Below, one piece after another: positions 28,207-41,519 of a stretch of 64,000 nucleotides of DNA. Origin of the DNA: the human T2T-CHM13v2.0 reference genome, Homo sapiens. Position numbers and translations under genes: made by a program. The notes under the pieces were generated by a model. That model was not told where the DNA came from, did not search any database, and saw only the letters and a program-made list of their open reading frames with translations. Each line of letters opens with the position of its first letter. Position 1 is the stretch's first letter. The stretch lies in NCBI RefSeq assembly GCF_009914755.1, contig NC_060939.1. One strand, 5' to 3'.

Positions 28207-29157
28207 ATGAAGATAGCAAACAACACAGTAGTGACAGAATTTATCCTCCTTGGTCTGACTCAGTCTCAAGATATTCAGCTCTTGGTCTTTGTGCTGATCT
28301 TAATTTTCTACCTTATCATCCTCCCTGGAAATTTTCTCATTATTTTCACCATAAGGTCAGACCCTGGGCTCACAGCCCCCCTCTATTTCTTTCTGGGCAA
28401 CTTGGCCTTCCTGGATGCATCCTACTCCTTCATTGTGGCTCCCAGGATGTTGGTGGACTTCTTCTCTGAGAAGAAGGTAATCTCCTACAGAGGCTGCATC
28501 ACTCAGCTCTTTTTCTTGCACTTCCTTGGAGGAGGGGAGGGATTACTCCTTGTTCTGATGGACTTTGACCGCTACATCGCCATCTGCCGGCCTCTGCACT
28601 GTTCAACTGTCATGAACCCTAGAGCCTGCTATGCAATGATGTTGGCTCTGTGGCTTGGGGGTTTTGTCCACTCCATTATCCAGGTGGTCCTCATCCTCCG
28701 CTTGCCTTTTTGTGGCCCAAACCAGCTGGACAACTTCTTCTGTGATGTCCGACAGGTCATCAAGCTGGCTTGCACCGACATGTTTGTGGTGGAGCTTATG
28801 ATGGTCTTCAACAGTGGCCTGATGACACTCCTGTGCTTTCTGGGGCTTCTGGCTTCCTATGCAGTCATCCTCTGCCATGTTCGTAGGGCAGCTTCTGAAG
28901 GGAAGAACAAGGCCATGTCCACGTGCACCACTCGTGTCATTATTATACTTCTTATGTTTGGACCTGCTATCTTCATCTACATGTGCCCTTTCAGGGCCTT
29001 ACCAGCTGACAAGATGGTTTCTCTCTTTCACACAGTGATCTTTCCATTGATGAATCCTATGATTTATACCCTTCGCAACCAGGAAGTGAAAACTTCCATG
29101 AAGAGGTTATTGAGTCGACATGTAGTCTGTCAAGTGGATTTTATAATAAGAAACTGA
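28207..29157 (+). CDS. OR4N4: Olfactory receptor family 4 subfamily N (OR4N4-type), 316 aa
   Basis: Intronless 7[14 protein letters not shown]...VDFIIRN with [29 protein letters not shown] and NPMIYTLRN. It may be a paralogous copy (e.g. OR4N4C). AATAAA at 29278. Confidence 0.88.
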   Translation: MKIANNTVVTEFILLGLTQSQDIQLLVFVLILIFYLIILPGNFLIIFTIRSDPGLTAPLYFFLGNLAFLDASYSFIVAPRMLVDFFSEKKVISYRGCITQLFFLHFLGGGEGLLLVLMDFDRYIAICRPLHCSTVMNPRACYAMMLALWLGGFVHSIIQVVLILRLPFCGPNQLDNFFCDVRQVIKLACTDMFVVELMMVFNSGLMTLLCFLGLLASYAVILCHVRRAASEGKNKAMSTCTTRVIIILLMFGPAIFIYMCPFRALPADKMVSLFHTVIFPLMNPMIYTLRNQEVKTSMKRLLSRHVVCQVDFIIRN

Positions 29158-29584
29158 GAAGGAGGAATTCTGGCTGGAATTCATATCATTCATTTAACAA
29201 GTCCTGTTTTTCACTGAGTACCTCCCATTTGCCAGGTACCATTGTAGGCAATGGAGGAGAGTTATGCATAATGAGAGAATAAACTTATTATATTTAAAGA
29301 ATATAAAGGAAACCCCAGAGTGGTTGAAGTATAATGAGTAAGTGTGAGAAATTTAAGGGTTAAGTTTTATGTGACTGCAAGGGTCTTTCGGTCTGAGGTA
29401 AGAATTTTTTCATATTTTAATTGTGGTAAGAACCCATTTTAATGTTTTAAGCAAAGGAGCAGTTCATCTACAATGCTTTCCTCTACTGGTTAGAGCAACA
29501 TCAGCAAGATTTTAGGCAGAGATTAATAAACTGTAAAATATCAAAAACCAAATGTATGTTGCAAGTATGTTATGAAAAAGACTA

Positions 29585-29822
29585 TAGTATTTTATATATA
29601 TAAATATATTAAAATTATATATATTTTAATGTTTTTATATATATTTTATATATATGTATATTTACATATATATAAAATAAGTAATATATTTTTATATATT
29701 TATAAATATATATTTTTATATATTTATAAATATATATTTTTATATATTTATAAATATATATTTTTATATATTTATAAATATATATTTTTATATATTTAAT
29801 CAATATATAAATAAATATATAT
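29585..29822. repeat. AT-only low-complexity tract with a 24-bp tandem unit
   Basis: About 4.5 copies of atatatttttatatatttataaat between ~29684 and 29797. Confidence 0.92.
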
Positions 29823-30019
29823 TTCCCCCCCAAAATTTGGTGGCGAGATAAGAAAGGAAGCCAATTTGTTTCATGGTAAAATGTCATGAAATTATTTCAC
29901 TTATTTTTTCTTCAGAGCTTCACGATGATTATTAGACATTATTAGATATTTAGTACTTCAGATTGTATTATAGATTACATAAATCACTCCAGTTATTTTC
30001 AACATAGTGAAGCAGCTTC

Positions 30020-30652
30020 GTTGTCTGGGGAAATACCTGCAGTTCGTTGTCTTGTGCTGTGCCGATTAATGACACAGACTCACACACGGAGTGGGTTAAG
30101 GAACAGAAAGTTTATTAGGCAAGAAGGAAGAGAAGAGCTTCCCCATACAGAGGGAGAAGCACTCTGAATGGAGTAACCCCACTTGTGGGGAAAGCAGTCA
30201 GTTATATTAGGAGGCTCAGGGAGGTAGTGTCTGATTTGCATAGGGCCCAGGGGATTCCTTTGACCAGGTGTGTCATTCACACAACCCATGAAAAGACTGG
30301 CCCTCCCACCCTAATCTTTTATTCTGCAAATGCGGCTTCTACCTGGCTGTCGCCATGATGCCTGCACATGTGGCTTTACTTGGCTGGTGCCATGACAACT
30401 GCACATGTGGCAACAAAGGAAAGTGAGCGGGAAGAGTCATATTGAGTGGACCTGGCTGTTAGCCACCTGCATTTACTTCTGCAAGCCTGTAATTTACATA
30501 CCTATGCTTCCAGCATGGCTTTTCAGGCTGCTTTCTGTTAGAAAAGAAATGGTTTGGGGGCTGCTTTTTTATTAAAAGGAAAAGCCTTTCTGAGGACTCT
30601 TTTACCCTTTCTAGCTGCCTAAAAATAATTTCTTAATAACTCCTGTATTAAT
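30020..30652 (-). mobile_element. Solo ERV1 LTR, MER61/MER50-like
   Basis: The reverse complement begins 'taatacaggagttattaagaaattatttttaggcagctagaaagggtaaaagagtcctc'. Contains an octamer (atttgcat) and an antisense AATAAA. Confidence 0.75.
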
Positions 30653-31584
30653 AGTGGGGTCTAATGTGAGAAATTAGGTACTTATAAAATTTTTCAAGTA
30701 TAGAAGACCATTATTTATGCTGGGCATCTATTATAGAAATTGTTACCAGAAAAACACTGTAGAACTAACCTGCTAAGTGACCTATCCCTGCCATAACCAG
30801 GAGACTGAGAGGACAAGAAGCCACTTTCCCAGCTCTTGGCTCAGGGAACACATCAATCAGCCATGGTCTGGCATGAAGAGAATTGTAGAGAGCACCTCTC
30901 ATGTTATTGTCTCTCTAATTATTTTTTCTAAATTAAATTTTGTATGAGTATATTTGATAGAATCTGTAATGGTAGTGGCAAAAGTCTTTGACAAACCTGT
31001 CTGTGTGTTGACAGCTTCTTCAGAAAGCAAACAAAAATGGTGGTAAAATATAGGATAAAAAGTTTGCAATCTTGGAGGTGAGAAAGGCCATTGAAGTTTG
31101 ACAAAGAAAATGAAAATAAAAAGATATATTAAATCTTGATATCTGCTACATATTTTGATATCTAAAAATGAAAAAAGTTTTTATGGGCAAAAGGCAGAAA
31201 AACGCTGAAAATATTTCTATGGCATATAGATGTGGAGATTATTTTCTGCATGATTATAAGGTTTGCATGTAAATTGAATATTTTTTCCCTACTCCAAGAT
31301 TGTATGAGAGGGCATCCATGAATAAAAAATAAAATAAAAATTACTAAAAATCGATATAAACGATAAAAATTTATCTAATACATAAATAATTTGCTTAAAT
31401 GAATATGAAATAGGTACATAGAAGGAAATGTGGGCAATGAACAAAGGAAAAAAACGAAAAGGCTTATAAGCATGAAAGTAAGCTTACCCTTAAAAATCAA
31501 CCACAGAAATGAAAACCACTGATTTTGATTAGCATGTAGGATAATGTTGCTCATGTATTATCAATAAAAAAGTACAGAATAGGG

Positions 31585-33754
31585 TGAGGTGCCAGAAGCA
31601 GCTATCATGTGCCACTCATGGAGAGGGAGACAGGGTGGTGAGTAAACACTAGCTCTTCACATGGATCGTCCATGAGGCCATGTTAGGATTCATCAAGGAA
31701 GCAACTGCAATCGATGGACAGCAGAAAGGGGCCAGGCAGGAAAGCAGTCCACCCAGGATTGGCATAGAGCCAGGTGAGGCTCCCTACCATAGGGAAAGGG
31801 TGAATAAGAACCTCCTGGGACCCACACTTCTGCCATGGGCCTTTGCAATCCTGGCACAGGAGATCTCCCGTGACCCCGAGGGGCTTCCAGACCAACACAG
31901 AGAGATTACTGGAGTCTGGGCAGAGCTGCAGCTAGGGTCACCTGGAGCCCCATGAGCCGTGGGGCCCTGAGCACCTTGGTGCCAGCTGCCATAGCCACAC
32001 CAACAAGGGAGGCCAGCTCTCTCGCATGCCCCTAGAATAGGGGCTGCATCCACGGTGCTGAGGAGCAGACTGACCGCAGGCCCCGCTTGCTTCATCAAGC
32101 CAGGCAAAGCCCACTGGCCTGGGTCGCCCACGCAGCCACCCCACTCCCACCTGAGCACTCAGGCCAGTCAGGCTCTCCATTTCTTTGGAAAGGAACTCCC
32201 AGAGGTAACCAATAGGCCTGAGATTTCTGGTACTGTGGTCTCCCACATGCCGCCCTCAGGCTGGGGAGGGATCGAAGAGCGCAGGAACTATCCTAGACCT
32301 TCAGCAAGGCAGCTGTCATACGAACAGCTGTCATACGGAAAAGTGGCCAGATTATTTTCCACTTGGGTCCCTGTCCCAGCTACTCCTCACTGGGCAGGGC
32401 CTCCGAGCCTGGGGTCCCAGCACAGCTACCCCACCCCCACCCGTTCTTTCATTTGGCGGTGGCCCTAAGTTTCTCTGGGGTAGAGCTCCCAGAGACAACC
32501 GGCAGGCTCTGTGCCACCACTAGCTGAGTGTAAGGTCCTTCCTTGCTCCCCGCAGGCTAGGTAGGGAACAAAGAGCCTGACTGCAGCTGTCCTAGGGAGA
32601 GAAGGCCAGATTGTCTTCCTTGCGAGCCCCTGACCCCGGCTACTCTTCACCAGACACGGCCCGGCTTTGGCCCACAACACAGCCGCCCCACCCCTGGATC
32701 CTTCACCTTAGCAGTAGCAGTAGCTCTGGGTGGAGTTGCCAGAGGCAGCTGACAGGCCCTCTGCCACTGCTGCCACCCCCAGGGCTAGGGAGGGAACAAA
32801 GAGCCTGCTTGCTGTGCTTGCACATCCAGCATGCCACAGCTGCACTACGGAGAGGAGGTCAGACAGTCCCCCCAACAAGCCCCCGATCCCTCTGCTCTCC
32901 ACCAGGGAGGGCCCTGGGCTTGCGCCCACAGCACAAACGTCCCATCCCGGGCTGATCATTCTGGTTGGCAGCGGCTCTGAATTTCTCTGGGGTGGAGTTC
33001 CCAGAGACAACTGACAAGCCCTCTGCCACCGACACCGCCAAGGTCCCCTTCCCTGCTCCCCCAAGCAGGGGAGGGAATAAAAAGCCCGAACTCGCCCCAG
33101 GTCCAACACTAGAGCGGGAAGAGAAACCCACACTCCCAGAGCACCGAGAGGGGTAACCGCATGAGTTCCTGGGCTGCTGTGGGAGCGGGGCGCGCCTCCC
33201 TCTGCAGGAGGAGCCTGGAAAAGGTGTGGCCTATCTCCCTGCGGTGGCCTCTGCCTGAGGGAGCCCCGCAGCCTGGAACACCTAGCAAAAGAAATGATGG
33301 TGCAGTGCTAGTGATCGGAGGGGGTTCCCCCAAGGCTCAGGAGCTGACCTGGTGAGGGGGTCACTTCTTTCCCCGCTGTACGGGAGACCAGGCTGTAGAT
33401 GTGAGGAAGTACAAAGGAACCACAGGCCTGAGCAAGAGTGTATTTACCGTCCATTACTCTTAAGCGACATCTACTGGATTGCAGCCAAAACTGCTACAAC
33501 ACCAAAAATATTTTGCTAATATCCCCCAGTGAAATCAAAGGCAAGAATCCAGCCACAAATAAAGACCCTGCACAAAGCCTTGGCTATCTGAAAACATTCA
33601 GAAACAAAGCCAAGTGACTATACTCAAATTACACCACAGGTAAAGGAACGCCAATGCTTCCAGATGAGAAAGAATCAGTGCAAGAACTCTGACAATTCAA
33701 AAAGCCAGTTTCCCCATACCTCCAGATGAGTCCACCAGACCCCAAGCAATGATT
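31585..33754 (+). mobile_element. 5' part (GC-rich repetitive 5'UTR and ORF1 start) of an old primate L1 (L1PA13-16/L1PB-like)
   Basis: Recurrent 'ctctggggt.gag.tcccagag' units. ORF1-like start 'atgagaaagaatcagtgcaagaactctg' at 33664. Confidence 0.75.
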
Positions 33755-34575
33755 TTTTTTATTTGCTTTCCTTATTTGTTTGCTTGTTTGGAGATACCTT
33801 TTACTTTTTTAATTTTAATTTTTTAATTTTTAGGTTCAGTTATACATGTGCAGATTTGTTATATAGGTAAATTGCTTGTCATTGGGGTTTGGTGAACAGA
33901 TTTATCACCCAGGTAATAGGCATAGTACCTGATAGGCAGTTTTCTGATCCTCACCCTTTTCCCACAGTCCAATCTCAACTATGCCCAAGTATGTATTGTT
34001 CCCTTCTTTGTGTTCATGTGTATTCAAGGTTTATCTCAAATTTGTAAGTAAGAACATGTAGTGTTTAGTTTTTTGTTCCTATGTTGGTTCACTCAGGAAA
34101 ATGGCCTCCAGCTCCATGCATGTTGCTGCAAAGGATATGATCTCATTCTTTTTATGACTGCATAGTATTCCATAGTATATTTGTACCATATTTTCTTTAT
34201 CAAGTTCACCATTGATGGGCATCTAGGTTGATTCCATGACATTGCTATTGTGAATATTGCTACGATGAAGGTACTTGTGCATGTGTCTTTATGGTAGAAT
34301 GATTTATATTTCTTTGGGTATATGCCCAATAATGGGATTGCTGGGTTGAATGCTACTTTGGTTTTAAGTACTTTGTGAAATCACCACACTGCTACCCATA
34401 ATGGCTGAACTAATTTATATTCCCACCAGCAATGCATAAACATTCCGTTTTCTCTGCAAACTTGCCAGCATGATCTATGATTTTTTGACTTTTTAATAAT
34501 AGCCCATCTGACTGGTGTGAGATGGTATCTCATTGTGCTTTTGATGTGCATTTCTCTAATGATTAGTGATGTTGA

Positions 34576-35079
<504 letters not shown>

Positions 35080-37192
35080 TAACCTATTCTATAGGTTGTC
35101 GGTTTACTCTGTTGATAATTTATTTTGCTGTGCAGAAGCTTTTTAGGTTAATTAGGTCACATTTATTAATTTTTGCTTTTGTCATCTTTGTCATGAAATC
35201 TTTGTCAGGGGCTATGCTGAGAATGGAATTTCCTAGGTTGTCTTCCAGGGTTTTTATAGTTTGGGGTTTCACATTTAAGTCTTTAATCCAGTTGGATTGA
35301 TTTTCATATATGGTATAAGGGAGGGGTTCAGTTTCCATTTTTTGCATATGGCTACCTAGTTATCTCAGCACCATTTATTGAATAGGGAGTGCTTTTCCCA
35401 TTGCTTGTTTTTGTCAGCCTTGTTGAAGATTAGATGGTTTTTGTTTTTAGTTCTGTTTATGTGGTGAATCACATTTACTAATTTGCATATGCTGAACCAA
35501 CCTTGTGTTCCAGGGATAAACCCTACTTGATTGTGTTGGAGTAGAGTTTTAATGTGCTGCTGGATTCAGTTTGCTAGTATTTTCTTTTTTTCTTTTCTTT
35601 TTTTTTTTTTTTTTTTGCTAGTTTTCTTTTTTTGTTGTATCTCTGCCAGGTTTTGGTATCAGAATGATGTTGGCTTCATAGAATAAATTAGGGAGGAGTC
35701 CTTCCTCCTCAAATTTTCAGAATAGTTTCAGAGGAAAGGTACCAGCTCTTCTTTATGCATCTGGTAGAACTCAGCTGTGAATTCCTCTGATCCTGGGCTT
35801 TTTCTGGTTGGTAGGCTTTTTATTATTAACACAATCTTGGAACTTGTTATTAGTCTGTTCAGAGTTTCAGTTTCTTCCTAGTTCAATCTTAGGAGGTTGT
35901 ATGTTTCCAATAATTTATTAATTTCTTCTAGTTTGTGTGCATAAAGTTGTTCATAGTAGTCTCTGAGGGTTTTTAAAAAATATTTCTTTGGGGTTGGTGG
36001 TAATGTTTCCTTTGTCATTTCTGACTGTGTTTATTTTTATCTCTTCTCTTTTTTGCTTTATTAGTCTAGCTAGTGCTCTATCAATCTGATGTGTTATTCT
36101 GAAGCAACAAAACCTGGATTTGTTTATCTTTTGTATGGTTTTTTGCATCTCAATTTCTTTCAGTTCAGCTCTGATTTCAGTTATTTCCCTTCTCTTGCTA
36201 GCTTTGGGACTGATTTGCTTTTGTTTCTCTAGTTCCTCTTGGTGTGATGTTAGGATGTTAATTTGAAATCTTTCCAATATTTTGATGTAGTTTTTTTTTA
36301 GTGATATAAACTTTCCTCTTAATACTGCTTTATCTGTGTCCCAGAGATTTTGATACGTAGTATGTTTGTTCTCATTAGTTTCAAAGAATTTCTTGACTTC
36401 TGCCCGAATTTCGTTGTTTACCCAAAAGTCATTGAGGAGAAGGTTGGTTAATTTTCACGTATGCTTTTGATGTATTTTATTGTATTGATTTCAATGTTTA
36501 TTGCATTGTAATCTGAGAAAGTGTGGTTTGTATGATTTTGGATTTTTTGAATTTCCTGAAAATTGTTTTATGATTGATTGTGTCGTTGATTTTAGAGTAT
36601 GTGCCATGTGCAGATGAGAAGAATGTATAATATTCTAATGTTTTTGGGTGGAGAGTACTGTAGATGTCTGTTAGGACCATTTTGTCAAATGTTGAGCTCA
36701 GTCCCGAATCTCTTTGTTCATTTTCTGTCTCAATGCTCTAATATTGTCAGTGGGTTGTTGAAGTCTCCCAGTAGTATTGTGTGGTTATCAAAGTCTCTTC
36801 AAAGGTCTCTAAGAACTTCCTTTATAAGTCTGGGTACTTCTGTGTTAGATGTATATATTCTTAGGATTGTTAGGTTTTCTTGTTGAGTTTAACCCTTTAC
36901 CATCATGAAATACCCTTGTCTTTTTTGATTGTTATTGGTTTATAGTCTATTTTGTCTGAAATTAGAATCAGACCATTTGCTCTTTTCTGTTTTCTTTGGC
37001 TTGGTCTATTTTTTCTCCATCCCTTTATTTTGAGCCCCTGGATATCACTGCATGTGAGATGGGTCTCTTGCAGAGAGAATACAGTTGGGTCTTGCTTCTT
37101 TATCTGACTTGCCACTCTATGCCTTTTAAATGCCTTGAAGCATTTAACCCATTTACATTCAAGGTCACTCAAGGTTAGATTGTGTCTTTCCC

Positions 37193-40100
37193 AGCAATGA
37201 TTCCTAAACCATAAGAAATTACTGAAATGAGAGACATAGAATTCAGGATCTGGATGTCATGGAAGCTCATTGAGATTCAGGACAAATTTGAAATCCAATC
37301 CATGGAATCCAGTAAAATGACAGAAGAGCTGAAAGACAAAATAGCCACTTTAAGAAAGAACCAAACTGAAACTCTCGAGTTAAAAATTCACTAGAAGAAG
37401 TTCATAATACAGTTAGAAGTATTAACAGCAAAATAGACCATGCTAAGGAAAATATCTCTGAGCTCAAAGACTGGTTCTTTGAATTAACACTGTGAGACAA
37501 AAATAAAGAAAAAACAATTTTAAAAGTGAACAAAACTTCTGAGAAAGATTATATAAAGAGACCAAATCTACAACTCATTGCCATTACTGAGAGAGAAGGA
37601 CAGAGAATAAACAACTTGGAAAATAAATTCGACTATATAGTCCATGAAAATCTTCCTAATCTTGCTAGAGAGGATGATATGCAAATCCAAGAAATACAGA
37701 GAATCCTGGCTAGATATTGTACAAGATTTACAAGGCACATAATCTTCAGATTCACCATAGTTAATGCAAAAGAAAAGGGATCTAGAAAGAAAGGTCGGGT
37801 TATGTATGAAGGGAACTCCATCAGGCTAGCAGCAGACCTTTCAGCAGAAACTTTATCAGCCAGAAAAAATTGGGGGCCTATTTTAGTATTCTTAAAGAAA
37901 ATAAACTCCAACCAAGAATTTCATATCCCACCAAACTTAGCTTCATAAGTGAAGGAAAAATAAAATCCTTCTCAGAAAATAAAATGCTAAGGTAATACAT
38001 TTCAACTTAGCTAGCCTTATAACAGGTCCTTAAGGGAGTGCTAAACACGTGAACAAAAGAACAGCATCTGCTGCCACAAAAACACGCTTAAGCACATAGC
38101 CCATAGACACTATGAAGCACTACACAGTCAAGTCTATAAAACAGCCAGCTAACAACATGATGACAGGATCAAAATCTGACATATCAATATTAATCTTAAA
38201 TGTAAGTTATCTAAATGCCCTACTTAAAAGGCATAGAGTGGTAAGTTGGATAAAAAGGCAAGACACCACTGTCTGCTGTCTTGAAGAGACCAATCTCATA
38301 TGTAATGAAACCCACAGGGTCAAAGTAAAGGGATGCAGAAAGATTTGTCATGTAAACAAAAAACAAACAAAAAATAGTAGGGGTCACTATTTCTTATAGC
38401 GTATAAAACAAACCAACAACAATTACCAAGGACAAAGAAGGGCATTACATAATGATAAAGGGTTCAGTTCAACAAGAAGACTTTATCCTAAATGTATACA
38501 CACTGAACATTGGAGCACCCGACTCATAAAACAAGTTTTTCTTGGCCTACAAAAAGACTTAGACAATCATACAATAATACTGGGAGACTTCACTGCTCCA
38601 CTGATGGTTTTAGATCGTTAAGGCAGAAGACGAACAAAGAAATTCTGGACTTAAATTTGACACTTGACTAATTGGACTTAATAAACATCTACAGAACACT
38701 CCATCCAACAACCATAGAATATTCATTCTCATCTACACATGGAACATATTGTAAGATCAACCACACGCTTCGTCAGAAAGCAAGTCTGAATACATTCAAA
38801 AACACTGAAATCATCCCAGGCACATTCTTGAACCACAGTGCAATAAAATTAGAAATAAACGTCAAGAAGGTCTCTCAAAAGTACACAAATTCATGGAAAG
38901 TAAACAACTTGCTCCTGAATAACTCATGGGTCCACACTGAAATTAGGCAAAAATCAAAAAAATTCTTTGAAATTAAAACAGGGACACAACTAACCAAAAT
39001 CTCTGAAATGAAGCTAAAGCAGGAAATAAAACTTTTTATATAAATAAGTAAATAAGATAATAAGAGGAAAGATTATAGCACTAAATACTTTCATCAAGAA
39101 GTTAGAAAAATCTGAATTTAATAATCCAACTTTGTACCTAAAGGAACTAGAAAAAAAAAAGCTCAAAGCTAGCAGAAGAACATATATAACTACAAATAGA
39201 GAAAAACTTAATGAAAGTGAGATGCAAAAATATGTACAAAAGGTCAGCGAAACCAATAATTGGTCCTTCAAAATAAAAATAAACAAAATTGGTAGATTGC
39301 TAGCTAGATTAACATAGAAAAAAAGCTGAAGACCCAAATGAGTACAATCAGAAATAACAAAAATGATGTTGCAACTGATTCCACAGAAATACAAAAGATA
39401 CTCAAAGAATACTATAAGCAACTTTATGCATACAAATTAGAAAATCTAGAAGAAATGGATAAATTCATGGAAACACACAATCTCCCAAGATTGAATCCCT
39501 GGAAGAGATTGAAACCCTGATTAGACCAACATCAAGCTGTGAAACAGAATCAATAATAAAAAAACCTACCAACCAAAGTAAGTCCTGGGCCAGATAGATT
39601 CACAGCTGAATTCTACCAGAGTTAAAAAAAGAACTCTACCAATTTTATTGAAACTATTCCAAAAAATTGAGGAGTAGGAGCTCCTCCCTAACTCATTCTA
39701 TGAAGCCAGTATCATCCTGATACCAAAACCTGGCAGGGACAGAACAAAAAACAAATCATCAGGGCAATATCCCTTATGAATACAGATGCAAATATCATCG
39801 ACAAAATATTAGCTAATTGAATCCATCAGCACATCAAAAAGTTAACACACTGTGATCAAGTAGGTACTATTCCCGAGAGGTAAGGCTGATTCAATGTATG
39901 CAAATCAATAAATGTGATTCATCACATAAACATAATAAGAGACAAAAACCACATGATCATCTCAATAGATGCAGAAAAAGCATTCAATAATATCCAACAT
40001 CCCTTCATGATAAAAACCCTTAACAGACTAGATTTTGAAGGAATATACCTCAAAACAATAAGAGCCATCTATGACAGACCCACAGCCAACATGATACTGA

Positions 40101-41519
40101 ATGGGCAAAAGCTGGAAGTATTCCCCTTAAGAACTGGTAAAGGACAAGGATGTACATTCTCACCACACTTCTTCAACAGAGTACTTGAAGTCCTAGCCAC
40201 AGCAATTATGCAAAAGAAAGAAATAAAAGATATCCAAATAGGAAAATAAGAAGTCAAACTATTTCTATTCACTGATGATATAATTCTATACTTAGAAAAC
40301 TAGCTTTCACAAAAAGGCAACTAGAACTGACATACAATTTTAGGAAGGTTTCAGGACATGAAATCATTGTATAAAAATCAATAGCATTTCCATACATCAA
40401 TAATGTCCAGGCTGAGAGTGAAATCAAGGACACAATCCCATTTACAATAGGCACAAAGAAAATTAAATACCTTGGAATACAGTTAACCAGAAAACCCTCT
40501 ACAAAATTAATGGCAAAAACACTGCTGACAGAAATCAGAGATGACAGAAATAAATGGAAAAACATTCCATACTAATAGATTACAAGAATCAATATAGTTA
40601 AAATGGCCACACTGCCCAAAGCAATCAACAGTTTAATGGTATTCCTATCTCACCACCAACACCATTCTTCTCAGAATTAGAAAAAAAGATAGAAAATTCA
40701 TACAGAGCCAAAAAAGCCTGAATAGTCAAAACAATCCCATGCAAAATGTACCACATGAACATATGCACCTACTCTGTACCCAGAAAAATTGAAAAAAATG
40801 TAAAAAGAATGAAACTAGAGGCATCACACTACTCAAACTATAAGGCCATTGTAACCAAAACAGTATGCTACTGGTACAGAAACAGACACATAGACCCATA
40901 GAACAGAATAGAAAACCCAGAAATAAATCCATGCACTTACAACCATCAGCTCTTCAACAAGGCAGACAAAAATAAGCAATGGAGAAAAGACTCTCTGTTT
41001 AGAAGCCCCTACTGAGGAAAGTTGTGGGCTTGAGTCTGGAGCCTAAGAACATTCAACCAAGCTAACTCTCAGGTCTCTCTATTCAATAAATGGTGCTGGG
41101 ATAACTGGCTAGTCAGATACAAAAAAAAGTGAAACTTGACCCTTATTTTTCACCATATACAAAAATCAACTCAAAATCGATTACAGATTTAAATTTAAGA
41201 CCTCAGCCTATAGAAATCCTAGAAGAAAACCTAGGAAATACTCTTCTCAGCCACAGCCTTGGCAGAGAATTTTTGGCTGAGTCCTCAAAGGTAATTGCAA
41301 CAAAAACTAGAGTTGACAAGTGGGACCTCATTAAACAAAAGAGCTTCTGCACAGCAAAAGGAACTATCAATAGAGTAAGCAGAAAACCTACAGAATGGGA
41401 GAAAATACTCACAAGCTATGCTTCCAAACAAAGGTCTAATATCCAGAAACTATAAAGAACTTAAACAAAGCAACAAGCAAAAAAACAAAACAAAAAAAAT
41501 CCACTTAAAAATGGGCAAA
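37193..41519 (+). mobile_element. Remainder (ORF1 and ORF2) of the older sense L1, decayed
   Basis: ORF1 fragment 'IRLAADLSAETL' and ORF2 fragments '[12 protein letters not shown]' and 'KLDPYFSPYTKINS', with many stops and frameshifts. Confidence 0.9.

Noticed and set aside
31680-33355. Many overlapping ORFs on both strands, with repeated units suggesting a gene or CRISPR-like array
   Set aside because: GC-rich, stop-poor L1 5'UTR with diverged internal tandem units. There is no constant repeat/unique spacer structure, and the DNA is eukaryotic.
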